A stretch of DNA of 64,000 nt from Rhynchobatus australiae (GCA_034780895.1 JAUZTB010000087.1:85955153-86019152), one strand, 5' to 3'. Positions 26,001 through 41,000 are shown, counted from the first letter of the stretch. The notes: a model not told the origin generated them from the letters alone. Numbers and translations: made by a program.

Positions 26001-29000
26001 GTTTATCTGAATAAGTGTACCTCTGGTAACTTTTTTCCAGTTCTGCATTGAAGCATTGACTTAAATAGGGTGTTAAGTCTTTAGTCGGGTTGGAACTTAT
26101 GATGGCTTTGGGTGAGAATATTGCCACTGACTGAAGGATGACTTCAGATCTAACGAATTTAGTTGTAGATAGATGTTCTAATTAATTAATTTTGTGTAGT
26201 TTAGTTTCCATTATTTATTAGTCATAGTTTTAGTGTTTGCATATAATATTTTTAGGGGAAAGAATGCAAGAGTTCCAATGCTTCCAGACTATTAACCAAA
26301 AAAAATTGCATTAAAAGAATTGATTTTAATATGATGTTTCTGTGTTTGTGTAGGCAGGTAAACATGAAGCGATTGTGAAAAATGTCCATGATCTACTTGC
26401 AAAATTGGCATGGGACTTTTCTCCAGAACAGCTTGNNNNNNNNNNNNNNNNNNNNNNNNNNNNNNNNNNNNNNNNNNNNNNNNNNNNNNNNNNNNNNNNN
26501 NNNNNNNNNNNNNNNNNNNNNNNNNNNNNNNNNNNACCACCTTTTTGATTGCTTTAAGGTAGAATTCTTTTAATAATTAAATTCATTGATAATTCAATTA
26601 AAATACTTATTTATTTACTTAGTAACATTTCAACTTTCAGGCAAGTTGGACAAATGCAGGTAAAAAGCAGCGTGAAAAGCTTCTGGAATTGATCCGTCGT
26701 CTTGCTGAGGATGACAAAGATGGTGTTATGGCACATAAAGTGTTAAATTTGCTGTGGAATTTAGCACATAGTGATGATGTACCTGTTGACATAATGGATC
26801 AGGCTTTGAGTGCACACATCAAAATCCTGGATTATAGTTGTTCTCAGGTAAGGGACAGCAGCATCTTAGAAAGCATTTTCAGAAATGCTTTAACTTTTTA
26901 GTTGACTTAGTAATTGAGATATAAACAAATTGAATGGCTTCTTGTTCTCCCCCCTTGAAAGGTATCTTGGCATCAAGGATTGTTATTCACTAACTTGGAG
27001 CATAAATCTACTTGAATCATAACTAGGTCATCCCTAGCTAATGGCCAGCTGCTTACCTGTAAGGAAGCAGCTGTGACAGCAGGCTACCTAAACTTGGCAG
27101 AAATTAGGANNNNNNNNNNNNNNNNNNNNNNNNNNNNNNNNNNNNNNNNNNNNNNNNNNNNNNNNNNNNNNNNNNNNNNNNNNNNNNNNNNNNNNNNNNN
27201 NNNNNNNNNNNNNNNNNNNNNNNNNNNNNNNNNNNNNNNNNNNNNNNNNNNNNNNNNNNNNNNNNNNNNNNNNNNNNNNNNNNNNNNNNNNNNNNNNNNN
27301 NNNNNNNNNNNNNNTATGCAGTAATGTATGTGGGCGTCTTACCAGAGTTTAAAACAAAACACCTCTAATTTTTTTTTGCTAACACTCAAAAATTGGTTAA
27401 TAGGGAGCAAACACTCCTGAAGCCAAGTACCAAAATTAGTATATTCCCTTATTTTCCCTTGCATTTCCTCCTGCAGTATTTTTATTTCAAATAAATTCAC
27501 CCTGGAGGTTCCTGAAGTTCCTCCTGTAAATGGTAAATTCAGAGTTTTTACTAACATGGTAAAATATCCAAGTGACCATAAATGACATTTAAAAACTAGC
27601 TTTGTAAAATAAGTGATTAGAGCATACTTTACTATATATTATTGGTGTCAATGAGATAACCTAGTTATGTTCCATTTGCTTTGGGCAAAAAATCAAAAAA
27701 CAGTTGCTGCAAAGCAAGCTGTAGACTTGGTTTTCATTCCATTCACTATGTTTTATGATAGGTGAAAGGTCACTTGGCAGATCATTGTTGATGCTTCACA
27801 TATGCAGTTTTATTCCCTGGTTTCAAAATAAAGCATTTGTATTTTTATCGAATTTGGCATTATCAGTGCTTATTGATTGAGGTTAGTTTAACTTTTGGCA
27901 ATATTTATAAAATTACTAATGTAAGTTGCCATTTAAATAGGATCGGGACACCCAAAAGATTCAGTGGATAGATCGTTTTGTGGAGGAACTCCGTACAAAT
28001 GACAAATGGGTCATTCCTGCTTTGAAGCAAATTAGGGAAATCTGCAGTTTATTTGGAGAAGCACCACAAAATTTAAGGTAAGAATAAAGACTGATTTAGA
28101 ATTTGTTGTGAGCAGGCTCTGAAGCAGCAAGCTCTCTCAGAGTATTAATATTTTGCACATAACATATTCCATTATTTGAAAAAGTTGTCTTTTGATTTTG
28201 TTAAATACCTTAATAATTTCACATTTTAAAAACTACAGCACTTAAAATTTTTTTGTTTTATATGGTGCCTAATTGAAATTGAGATTATTTAGGTCCTTCA
28301 GGCTTGCATTGATATTTGTACATCGAGTTAGTTGCTACTTTTATGTGCAGTGGCTGCATGCAGACTTAAAATGCACTCTCAGGAATTAATCTACTAGTGT
28401 GGATTTAAGCCAACAGCAAGATGGAAGATCTTGAGTGGAATAGTGAATGAATAAAAGATGTAACTTTACCCATTGTGTCAGTATGGATGCATCCTTTTAA
28501 AATGTAAGTTTGATTTTAAAAAGTTGTAGTTCCAGATTGCTGATATGCATTTTATAAGCCTAAATTCATTGGGGCAAGTTTTCTGTTGATAAGAGCCTGA
28601 GTCTGCCAGTAGATAAGCCTGTGGCTGGGCAATTCCCATGTGTAGGCTGATGCACAACCATCTACTTGGTAAACCATCAGCCCCAAAATACCTGCACTGT
28701 GCCTATGTGCTTGTCATGATATTTAACAGAGCAGTGCATACATCTGCAGATTTTCCAGCTGTCAGGATTGAAATCCTGCCTACTAAGAATACAAGTATAG
28801 TAGTTACATAAATTGCATGGGCGATAATGGCCACCAGAAAAATTTTTAATCACTTTTAAATGCTTTTGTCTTTGTTATTTGATGCTTTAATATTTTTGTA
28901 TTTTTAATAGGTCCAGAATGATTATAAATGTTTAACTGTCAAAGATATTTGCAAACATTCAATGACAGTGATAGCTTTGGCAGCTTGTAAGCCTGGGTTC

Positions 29001-32000
29001 AGAGTTTCACCCAGGTGTTCTGTTAGTGAAGCCAGCCACTTAAGCTGGAGAGACTCTGCTCTGCACCAGGCTTTGCCAGTTCACCCCCAGCAAAGAGAAA
29101 CTTCAGGACTAGGTTGGAAGAAATAATACAAATCATGTTGTTCCATTTATCAGCATGTCACCAATGATCTTTTATACCAAGTCAAACTGTTCGAGGGATT
29201 TCTTTGCATAGACTCTAACCCCTTGGTGTGAAATGGCAGAGAAACCTTGATCTGTGAAGTTTCCCCACAGAGCTTGTGAGATGGCTGTACTATTCTTCAG
29301 CATAGCCCTCAGCATGTAGTACTGCGCCAAGGTGTGTGCCAATCTGCAGCATTCAGTCGTGGATACCTGCTTGTACTAGCATCTTGGTATCATCTTGAAC
29401 AATATCCAACGTTATTGTTATGAGCCTCATTTTTCAGGCAGCTGTTTCTTATTTCCAGCCTACCTCTCCCTCTCCCACTACTCTGATTCGTAATGTTCTT
29501 AATTTTACCACACACAACGTTTGATTTTCCCAAACCTCTGTGATTGAATGAACATTTAATTTCCTGTATCTGTGTCATTTAAGGGAGTTTTTTTGCATAC
29601 TTAATGTCCTGTCGTTGAGGGTGTAATCTGAGAGTCCAGCATCTGGTTCAAAAGAACTCAAGATGGTGTTAACATAATGTTAACACTCGTTCATTTTTTG
29701 AGTTTATTTGTTTGTACGTTCAACTTCAAAGAGATACGAGTGCTTAACATATGCTGGAACATCTGTGTGGTGCTAAAGGAGTGCCATCTTTTGGTTAAGA
29801 TTTTAAGGCAAATCTGTAATCTTGTAACACATTTTGCATCCATACAACTTCATTACAGCAAAGCTGGTTAGTTCTCCAGGCAGCCTGGCCAACAATTATC
29901 TTTAAGCGACATCTAAAACAGATGATTTGATCATTTATTTCATTGTTATTTATGGGATCTTGCTATGGACAAATTGGATGAACACACAATATCTAAAGGG
30001 TACTAACTTTATATGGTACCCTGTTTAGTCCATAGCTCAGGGTGTGGTTATGGTATCTGTTTTATATTTTAAGAAGTGATGGAACTGGGGAAAACTCAAA
30101 AATAATTTGCATGAATGATCACTGGAAAGCTGAGCAGGAATGGTTGAATTGGTTTCATTTCTTGCTTCTAGAAAATGGAAAGCCAAAGGAGCACTTCAGT
30201 AGAGTAATAGAGTAAAAGTACAAAATATTGGAGGCAGTTTGTTAGCGTGGATTGAAAACTAGCTGTCACATAGAAAATAGAGTGGGAATAAATGGATCCT
30301 TTTCAGTCTGCAAGGATGTAACTAATAGAGTAGCCCTGGGATCAGTTCTTGGCCCTCAATTGTTTAATATTTACTTGGAGGAGGGAACAAAATTTAACTT
30401 TATAAAGATTGCCAATAATACAAAATAAGTTGGGAGAGCATACTGTGATGAGAACAGTGATTCTGCAGTGGAAGTTAGATTGAGTGATCGGGCAAAACTT
30501 GCAAATCGAGTTCAATCTGGGGAAGCCATGCACTTTGATCAGAGGGATCAAAAGGCAGATTATTACCTAAATGGAGAGAGACTGCAAATGAGTGAAGTTC
30601 AGAGAAATCTCATGCATGAATCACAAAAGTTAGCAGGCAAGTTCAACAAGCAGTTAAGAAGGCAATTGGCATTGTGGCTTCAATTGTGAAGTGGTTGGAG
30701 TTTAAGATCAGGGAAATTGTTTTGTACAGGCTGCTGGTGAGCCCATACCCTGGAATACTATGCACAGTTTTGGTCCCCTTACCTAAAATAGATACAGCAG
30801 TATTGGCGGCAGTTCAAAGGTGATTCACCAGGCTAATCCCTGGGATGCAAGAATTGTCCTNNNNNNNNNNNNNNNNNNNNNNNNNNNNNNNNNNNNNNNN
30901 NNNNNNNNNNNNNNNNNNNNNNNNNNNNNNNNNNNNNNNNNNNNNNNNNNNNNNNNNNNNNNNNNNNNNNNNNNCGCCCCCCTCCATACAAGTGACCCTT
31001 GGACCTTTATTGTGATTTTCCTAATGCGAAGCCGCATCATCTTTAAGAAATGCAAGTTGAAAGAAAAATTATTTTAATTTAATTTTTTTCACATTCTGAG
31101 AGTGAATTTTACTGTATCTCAAGTTTTAAATGCTGTAAAGGTAAATTTCCATTATCTGAAAGACCACACTGCGGGGATCACCTGTGTATGTGCATTGTAA
31201 ATGACTTTATTGTCCATTGTTGTAATGGATTGATTTTTGAATACTATCCAATGGTGTTGATTAACTTGTGTATTTTCTTTTTAGTCAGACCCAAAGAAGT
31301 CCTCATGTGTTCTATCGGCATGATTTGATTAACCAGCTTCAACACAATCATTCGTTGGTCACCTTGGTAGCTGAAAACCTCTCTGCATATATGGAGAACA
31401 TACGCCAGTTTCACAAAGGTAAAAAAGATATTGTGTTTCCTGGAAAATAAAATATGAAATACAGAATCTTAGTTTTAAGTGCTCACTTAAATCCAGCTTG
31501 CTATGAAGGATTGGATTCCCATATCAAAGATTTGGTGTTAATTTGATGTATATAATTGAGTGTTACTTTGGGTGAAGTTTTGAAAGTTCAAGAAGGGCCA
31601 ATAGAAAAACTAAAATACAGAATTCCACATTTACAGAAGTGAAGAACATGAGTAGACTAGATTACTCTGTATCCAACTGGAGATGGACTGTTCAGTTTGG
31701 AATCCAGAAACCAGCTACATGGCAATCTGAACTGCAAATACTTTGGTGGGAGGAAATAGTTAAGAACTTGAACAAGGGATGGTGAGAAGAGCAAAACACT
31801 GTTGTCTTTTGTTTTTAATTTATCTCTGATTTAGTTTGCTGGAGAAGCTGTTGGATTTGCATTTGGCAAGTGCAGAATATATAGTGGCTTCCCAGAGCAC
31901 CTACTTGTCTGGTGCCATGTTCAAAAATAATTCTTTCTTCAGTATTAAATTACTCAGCTTTATGATACCATCCAAACCACCTATTTGGGCACCTTTCTTG

Positions 32001-35000
32001 AGTTGTTACCCTACTGGTATATAATGAGGAGGTTTTGCTGGTCATGGTGGCAAGTGGAACAATGTCCAAAGTGGCTAGTGTGAAAGATAGTGTTATAGAG
32101 TCATACAACAAGGGAACAAGCCCTTGGGCCCAAGTCCACATTGATCTCCAAGCACCTATTTACACTGATCCTACAGTAATGCCTTTTTATTCTCCCTACA
32201 TTACCAATAACTCCTCCCAGATTCACCCACTGACCTGCACAATGAGGGTAATTTATAGTATTCAATTAACCTATCTACCTGCACAACTTCTGAATGAGGG
32301 AGAAAAATGGAGCACAAAGGAAACCAACCCGGTCATGGGTTTAAAACGTGCAAACTTCACACAGTACCAGAGGTTAGGATTTTCTTATCCACATTTGACT
32401 TGATGCTAATAAGTCTTGTTGCTTTAAGTCAGTATTTTGGACTCCCAGGGCTTTTCCTTTATACCAGTGTATTAATGTGTTGTCATCTCTCGTGGGTCTG
32501 TGCCACTAATGTGATAGGATGCACCCCAGGCACTGCGATGAAGGTGTCTGGCATGTGATTTGTGNNNNNNNNNNNNNNNNNNNNNNNNNNNNNNNNNNNN
32601 NNNNNNNNNNNNNNNNNNNNNNNNNNNNNNNNNNNNNNNNNNNNNNNNNNNNNNNNNNNNNNNNNNNNNNNNNNNNNNNNNNNNNNNNNNNNNNNNNNNN
32701 NNNNNATGGACTCAATTTTTCAACATATCACAAATGTACTGGAAGCTTTTAACATTTTAATCGTGTGTCAGTGATAAAAATGCAATTTGAAAATTACTGA
32801 AGGGCTATGCATACAGCCTTGTTTGGGTTTAAGTATTGGGGTTGGATAGAGAAGACTGTTTATGTGCAGTGAACCCTGATTTGCCACAGCATTGCTTGAG
32901 GCACCTGGGTGGCCCATGGAAGCAATTCCGTAGTTCTCACAGAGCCTGAGCATTGACTCTTTGCCAGAGGATCACCAATGTGTGTTGCTCTCCTCCATTT
33001 GCAGTTACAATGAAGAGGATCTGGGCCCAGAGCTGAGCAATGGAGAGGGTCTCTTTCCATGTTGCCATTCTGTTTGAGATAATGTTGAAAGGCAAAGACT
33101 TGTGGTAATGCCAGCACAGCTGCCCTTTGGCTCTTTCTCTTGCTATCATGTCATCTGCTGGACAGCTGAAGTTCCTGAATGGCTTTATTCTGCCTTTTCT
33201 CCATTCTGTGAATGTTAACAGGCTGTTCAGCTAGGAAGGTTCTTCCTAGCCCAATCCTGACCTCAAGATATCAGCCTCTATTCTCAGCACAACCCGTTGA
33301 GGAATTGTGATCAGTATGGACTGACTGATATCCTCTTCATTTTACAGATGACTAGTTAGAAAATCAGAGTTAGGAGCTATGGGTCAGAAATGATTCTTGG
33401 GAAAAATTCAGATGGCTAAAGATATTTATATTGCTTCTTGTCCAGCTGATAACAATAGAAGATCAGCAGATGTTTGGTGAGTGGGGAGACTGGAGGGAGC
33501 TGGGAGTCCTTCGGGGGGGTTGTGCTGGATGGAAGGCATTGGGGGGGCTGGATGGAAGGCCGGAACACCCNNNNNNNNNNGATATTGCAAAATGTTGAGG
33601 TATAAAATCATCCTTGCACTTGAAACATAAAATATCGGTAAGCGGGTACAGCAAACAATTAGGAAGGCAAATAGATTTATTGCAAGAGATATGTAGCACA
33701 AAGGTGAGGAAATTTTAATGCAGCCTTGACCACATCCATGCAGGGTGATTGGATCATACAAATGGAGGCGCCTCTGTTTGAAAGCCAGGTGCAATTGAAT
33801 TCTCCACTGCTTTTTGGCTACTTGTTTTTGGGCAACTTAAATAGTGTGAGACCTGGTTAATTCTGGTTGTGCAGCTTTGCATACATCCATGAATGGACTT
33901 GACTTTCATAATTCATATGAACCTGAAACTGACCATTTCACTTCTGTCTAACTTGGTCACCTGAAACAGAGTGTGAATTCTGCAGGCATTCATGCATAGA
34001 CTTGGACCCCTCATTATTCTTCTCTCTTCACCTGCATACCCCATCCTTGCCAAGTTGTCAATGATCTGTCCTTTATTCCTGGTATGTTGAAATCCTCCAG
34101 GATTAGTACTGTTATTTGCAGCACTCTCTCTTGAATGTCACAGGATAATTGCAGATTTTGTTTAATTAGCTCAATGGCAGTTACAGCTATTTGAATTAGT
34201 TTGTTTAACTTACAAAAACATGCCAGTGGGCATGTTATGAAAGTTAGCAGATCAATATTGACGTGAAGCCAAAGGAGGAAGTTCATCAGTAGGGAAGGTT
34301 TTAAAGAATATATTAAAGAAGGAATCCAACTTTATTATCTGGACGATGAAGCATGGCAACAAATGGAATAAGTACCATTGTAGACGGGTAAGAGATGATA
34401 AATGACTGGATGAAAAGTCTCAAATCTTTGTCAGAATAGGTTAAGAATTAGACTTAAGCAAGAACATGGATATATTTGTGCATAAAGGTGAAATTTATGA
34501 ATGGCAACATACAGCCTTTGGTTATTACACTTTTGTTGCCACTTTTTGATCCAGTAGCTACATAAATTTAGAAAAATACATGAACCGTTGTCCCATTCAA
34601 GTCATCATTAATATCCAGCTTACAGAATGGGTCCATGTACTAAAGCCATTGTCATCACTTTAGTGTTTCCTTCTGTCTAGCCTGCCTGCATGCAGCACCT
34701 GCTACACTGGGAAATGTGTTTTTCTCTGGCCTGTCCCCAGATATACTTGTCATAGTTCTAAAAATGTGATGGATTAAGGCATCTATGATTAGAAAGTGGA
34801 ATGGAGCAAATTTGGATGTTCATTTGAGGTGGCTCTTGTTCTATGGAACCACAGAGCGTAGTACGCAGCTCTTGGAGCTTCTCAAGTTCCTTGTAGCTCC
34901 AATTTGAAAATATTTGATTGGGACAATTCAATTACAGACCATTTCTCGATGAGAGAGACTTGTACTTTTAAAAAGGGTGATTGAGGTAATTGTCAAGGTG

Positions 35001-38000
35001 GGAAGAGACAGTGGAGATGAAGCAGGAAGAAGCTGCTACTGCATTGTTTGTTAAAATCCATTAATAAACATTGAATTTGTGCCTCTATAAAAAAGTGTTT
35101 GCAAATATCAGTATCTAATTGTATAAGGTGGAAATAAAATGTTTTCTTGTGTGTTTCCAGGGTGTTGGTCTGATCCTTGCTGCAAATAAGTTGTGGATGT
35201 GTCATTATACATAGTGATGACCAATCCCAGTGCAGTGATCCTGAAATACAGATTTTCTGTTAATTGTTGTTAAAGTGTCATCAAAATTTTGCTTAAACAT
35301 GTGTTGGCATTTATATGAATTGGAATAGATGGTGGTAAATTCTCCTGTGACATTTTTTCATTGAGATTTCAGTGAATTTCCTGTGCATTAATGGAGAATT
35401 GTACATCTTGCAGAGAACCCAGAGTATGATCCACAAACAGTACGGTCAGGAAGCCGCTATAGTCATGTACAAGAAGTTCAAGAAAGACTTAATTTCTTGA
35501 GGTGAGTTAGCTTGTATGTGAAAATGTAAGAATTGACTTCGGTAAAATAAGCAAAATGGTCAAGCTTTCTTGCTGTTAATTCACACGGGACTGTACTGTA
35601 GCTGAAAAAAGGAAAATTTACAAACAGAAAAATACCTCTTCATATCTTCAAACTACATAAGCAACATGTTTTTTTTGGTGTTGCAACATGGGAAAAATTG
35701 TATCTGTTTTGTTATGTGGAAGAGAATCAGCGCTTCATTGTACAAAGGCCTAGCAAAATCTGTATTCTGTTACAAAAGTAAATTATTCTGAGGATGGGAA
35801 AAAATGAAACAAAGTATGTTTCATCAAGTCTGAGCTCATACTTGGAAGATGGGATCAAAACCCATGTAGATAAATCTGAATCATATACAAAAAGATGTCC
35901 CACATATTAGATGGGTCCATTATACCATAAGCATATCCATGATCTGAGAACTCTGAAAATGAAGAGGATTATTGTTTGAAAACAAAGATATTTCTTGTGC
36001 ATGGCTATCCACTTTGGTTGAAGTATTATATATTTGGAGAATTTATTAGCCTTACTATGGTATTATGCTCCTTCTATAAGAGAAAAACAGATTTGTTGGA
36101 AGAACATTCCCTTCATGTGACACTGTTCTTGAGCTAACAGGAACAAATTTTTGTATCGCAGTTTAGAGTATCTATATGCAGGTGGGGTTCATGATGGTCC
36201 GAGGCCCCTGATGGTTGAACTACTTTTTACTTTTAGTGTTGTACTGAATAAAGGTAAGTTTAGTGAGAGGGACAAAGATGAAAAAGAAAATCAGCATGAA
36301 ATGCTTTAAAGGGTTTTTCAAAGTTGTGATTGTCGGGAAGGGAAGCCAAACCTGTACAATTCTAAAGGTGTATTTCGTAATGTTGAGGTCATTAACTATA
36401 ATCTTGAACAATGATAGTATGTGACTTTTGGATACTAGTGGATATTAAAAAAAATTATTTTGTTGCTTAGATTTTTATTAAAGGATGGCCAGTTATGGTT
36501 GTGTGCTCCTCAAGCCAAGCAGATTTGGAAGTGTTTGGCTGAGAATGCTGTCTACCTTTGTGATCGTGAAGCCTGTTTCAAGTGGTTTTCAAAGCTAATG
36601 GGAGATGAGCCTGATTTAGACCCAGATATTAACAAGGACTTCTTTGAAAATAATGTGCTACAACTGGATCCTTCTCTCTTAACGGAAAATGGAATGAAGT
36701 GCTTTGAACGGTTTTTCAAAGCGGTGAATTGTCGAGAAGGAAAGCTAGTAGCAAAACGCCGTGCTTATATGATGGATGATCTTGAGTTAATTGGACTGGA
36801 ATATCTATGGCGGGTAAGGACAGAGACTGATTTCACTTTATTTTGATTAATTGGTATTTTTAATTGTTATAACTATTTATGATTACTAGTATATTGACAA
36901 GGATGTTGTTTTACCTTAAATGGTATCGATAAACACACTTCAAGTGTTTTTTAGTAACCTTTAAGGAAAAGTGTGAGCATGGAAAAAGTGTGAAGCGTGG
37001 ACGAGTAAGGACTAATGTAGGTAATTGAGGAATTTTGCAAAAGAAAATGTACGAACTGTTGATAAAAGTTTTAAAATTGGAATATTTTTTTTTTATTAAG
37101 CCAAAATAGAAATTCAAATTGAAATGTGAAGGAATGCTGCATCCAAAGAAAAATCACAATTTAAGGGAAAGAATGCCCAATATAAATGTTTAATCTAAAT
37201 TGAAGCTTAAAGGATTGTTATTGCAACTCTGCTCAAAGTTTGAAGTTGACTGTGCAAGTGTTTATTTTATGTTAAGGTTTAAAAATTCATTTATTGGCTA
37301 AAGTTGAAAACAGTTCCTCCACATCCCTTCTTTGAAGGTTTACTATAGATTAGATTTGTTGCTACATTGGACAGTGTTTAGGCACCAGTGTAATAATACA
37401 TTGCTGTGTGTTGCTATTATATATAATCCAAGTGTCCAGCAACTGTTCAAAGGTATGGTCTGGTTAAATGCTCTGTACAAATATTTTGGTAGTTCTTAGT
37501 TTCTCATGTCAGCCATTGTTCTTTGTTAGTCTCTGAGTTTGTAAAATATTATGTACTGCTTTCAGTTAGAACAGCTTGCAGATTTCATTATTTGCTGGAG
37601 GTGTTGTCACTAGATTCTCCTAGAGAATTTTTTGCAATGCATATAGTTTTGTTGAGCAATGGTAGGTGTTTCTTTCACGAAAACTTGACCAACCATACTC
37701 CAAAGTTCATTTCAATTGTGTCAGCTCGTGTATCATACCAAACTTTATTACAATGCTCTTGATTTTGAACTAATTCATTTCCCTCCATTCAAATTTCCCA
37801 AATACTACTTCTGACTCACTTTTCTTCTGTATTTTCCCCAGAATAAACCCCAGCAATCTCTCCACTTCCCACTTTGAAAATGGAGATCTAATGAGAATCA
37901 AAATTTCATACATTGACGCAGTGATAATGATTGACAGTCCAGCAGATGTGCCCATGATCATATTTGTGAGAGCTGGGGTGCAGAGCTAAAGCATCTCTTG

Positions 38001-41000
38001 GTGTCATAACATTTTGCATAAAAGGTTCACGATGTCCTGGCACATAAGCCATTATTCTAGACAACTTCATACTCATTTGTTTTTGCCTCTGATCCATGGC
38101 TGTTGCACTTGTCTGCTGTGGATGTCTTTCCCATCTGTTGAATTCTACAAATATTCTCAATATATTATTAAATTATTCCCTTATCAATGTTCCTGGTAGA
38201 GTATCAATGCATCTCTTAAGTGTTAAGTACACCAATGATTTGTTAGCCATCTATTTGTGTATCCAACTCTGGTCTGTTGCGCATGTCCCTTTGGGTTTTA
38301 CACTGCACCCGATAATGTCTCATGATCCTGTCATGTTGGCTGTTTGTCCAAATAATGAATTGATATAGAGATGTATTTTAAAAGCAAGGTTCTGCTAACT
38401 GTAAGTCTGTCACTTCCAATTCTGTCTTGTGCTTTCAGTAGGTACTTGCATTAAATGTCTAGATAAGCAAGGTTTATTTTAATCTGTTACATGCCCTGTA
38501 ATCAAGTGTATTGATGAGGGCAGAGTTGTAGATATGGTTTACATGGATTTTAGTATACAGGAGACTGATCTGAAAGTTTAGGGCCCATGAGATCCAGGAC
38601 AAATTGGCAAACAAGTTACAAAATTGAGTCATTGAATCATAGAACAGTACAGCACAATACAAGCCCTTTGGCCCACAATGTTGTGCCGACCTTTAAACCT
38701 AGCTTAAGACTATCTAATCACTTTCTTCCACATATCCCTCTATTTTAAATTTATTATAAAGACTGCTGAATGCTGCTGCACAGAAGGATCCCTGTATAAG
38801 AAACATAAAATTAGCATGCAAGTCAGCAAGTGTTTGAGAAGGCAAATTGAATATTGCCCTTTTGTTTTAAAGCAGGTGGCATACAAACAGAGAAGTCATG
38901 CTGTAACTGTACATATTACATCCATAATGTTGTGTACAGCTTTGGTTTCCAGACTTGCATGAGAGGCATTAAAGAAAATATTTGTTTGATTCTTGGGGTG
39001 AAGGTTTCTCATTTGAGTTAAGTTTGAATTTATTTTCCAGAGTTTTGTAGAATGAGGGGTTACCTTATTGAACAAAAACAATATACTGAGGGGGCTTGAC
39101 AGAGTACATGCTGGGAGGATGTTTCTCAGTGTGGGACTGTGGAGAACTACGTGCATAGTTTAAGAATAAAGTGTTGCTTATTTGGGATGGAGATAAGGAG
39201 GAGTTTCTTTTAAGGATGGTGAATCTTTCACATTCTTTACCTTGTGTATCAGTAGAGGCTGAAATAGGTCAAAATAGATGGATTTTTTGGCATTGTTTTT
39301 CAGTCTCAAAGGTGTGTTCACCAATACACACATTGATTTCTGGAGAAACAAGCAGTAAAGTAGAGATGAGGCCAAGATCAGATCATCCATGATCTTATTG
39401 AATGGCAGAGCAGGTTTGAAAGGTCACAGGCCTTCAGTGTCCTACCTATTATGTTAATCTTAATAAGTGGAGCCAGCATTCAGGAAAGCAGATTCTGGAG
39501 TACAAAAGTAAGGGAGCCTTGCAATAATTTTACTCAGCTTCAACAAGACCAAGCCTGGGGTATAGCTTTTGCCTCTCTACTTAAGGATGAACCTGTAGAT
39601 TGTGCACTACTGATTGACCATATGGGTGCCTAAGATAAGGACTTGAGATCTGAGATATTGAGTTGGATGGTTTTGTACTCTCTGCAGTTTAGAAGAATGA
39701 GTGGTTATGTCATTGAGACTCAATATGATTGGCAGGTGAGATACTGTGAGGCTTATCTCTGAATTTTTTTTTTACCATACTTCACAGCCTCTGGATAAGG
39801 GGCGAGTTATTTCCAGCAATTTTAATTAGAAGGCTGTGGATGTTTAGTCAATAAATTTCAATCCTGACAGGAGGTTAGATTTTTGGGCACTAAGAATTGA
39901 GGGAGATGAGAATTGGGCAAGAAAGAAGAGGAAGAGGATCAGCCATTATCTTCAATAACAGAACAGGGTTGAGCTTTGTTGGTTAGTTCTGTACATTTTT
40001 TTTCCTCTCAAGTGGAGCTATTTTTTCTTTTTGCAGCTTGTATCCCATTTAGGTCATAGGACTATGGTGCCAATGTTGGACCCATTAAAGAGATGATTCA
40101 CCCCTTAATTCGGGGTGAACATTTTCACTAATGCTCTGTGGAGATAAGAATGAGAATTACTGAAACATGAAAGCTACTTAAGAGGTTTCGCAGGATTCAT
40201 GCTGAGAGAATGTTCCTCCCTGTTGGACAAGCCAGATCATGGCATAGTTTCAGAGTATTGGCTGCAGTTGAAAAGTAGGTTGAAAATCTAAGTTCTTCCG
40301 CTAACAAAAGGTTGATTCTGCCATGTTATTGCTGACATTGAACAGCATCTGATAGACTTCACTGCATTCAGTGTAACCCCACAGAAAAGATAAGTCAGTG
40401 TAACTGATGTTGTATATCTGTTTTCAGTGTATTGGTGAACACACCTTTGAGACTAGAAAAAAACAATATGAAGTTGCAAGATCTTAAGTACATTCTGATT
40501 AGTTTTTCCTGTTCAGTTCTTCATTTGGATAGGTGTTGTTCATGTCCATGATTAGACTGCATAACAACTATTGGAATGGTGATAAGAGGAAAACAAGAGT
40601 GCCAAATGGATAAAACTTCTAAAGTTTCGCAGCTGTGTATGGAGAATCTTTCCGAAGTTTGTCTAAACTTAAAAAAAATCTGAATTTCTGCTTAAGGTTT
40701 TTCACTTCATTATTTCCTGTCCTCAATAGGTTGTAATTCAAGGAAGTGATGACATTGCCAGTCGAGCAATAGATCTGCTGAAAGAAATATACACAAATCT
40801 TGGGCCTAGGTTGCAGGTTAATCAAGTAGGTGTTTTGACTTGGAATTTATTAATATGAAACTGATTTTACTCCTGATTTAAATGCATCATGCTAAGTCAA
40901 ACTATTGGATTTTTATGTGTTGATATTTTCACTTCATGTTTAGTACTTAAGGTATTATAGCTTCTGTACTCCATAAAAATTTAGAACATTCTGAAAATAA

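Noticed and set aside
28560-29280. Possible old inverted-repeat DNA element
   Set aside because: The termini are too degenerate to define TIRs or a TSD by eye.
28078-31284. Search for a 15-nt insert (SSRFS-like) that I recall, unverified, from a rodent Usp9x isoform at this junction
   Set aside because: No AG-15nt-GT candidate and no in-frame upstream acceptor were found in the visible sequence; the N gap at 30861-30974 cannot be examined.
35214-35290. GTGATGA C-box-like motif about 200 nt upstream of exon 15
   Set aside because: No D box at a suitable distance and no terminal stem.
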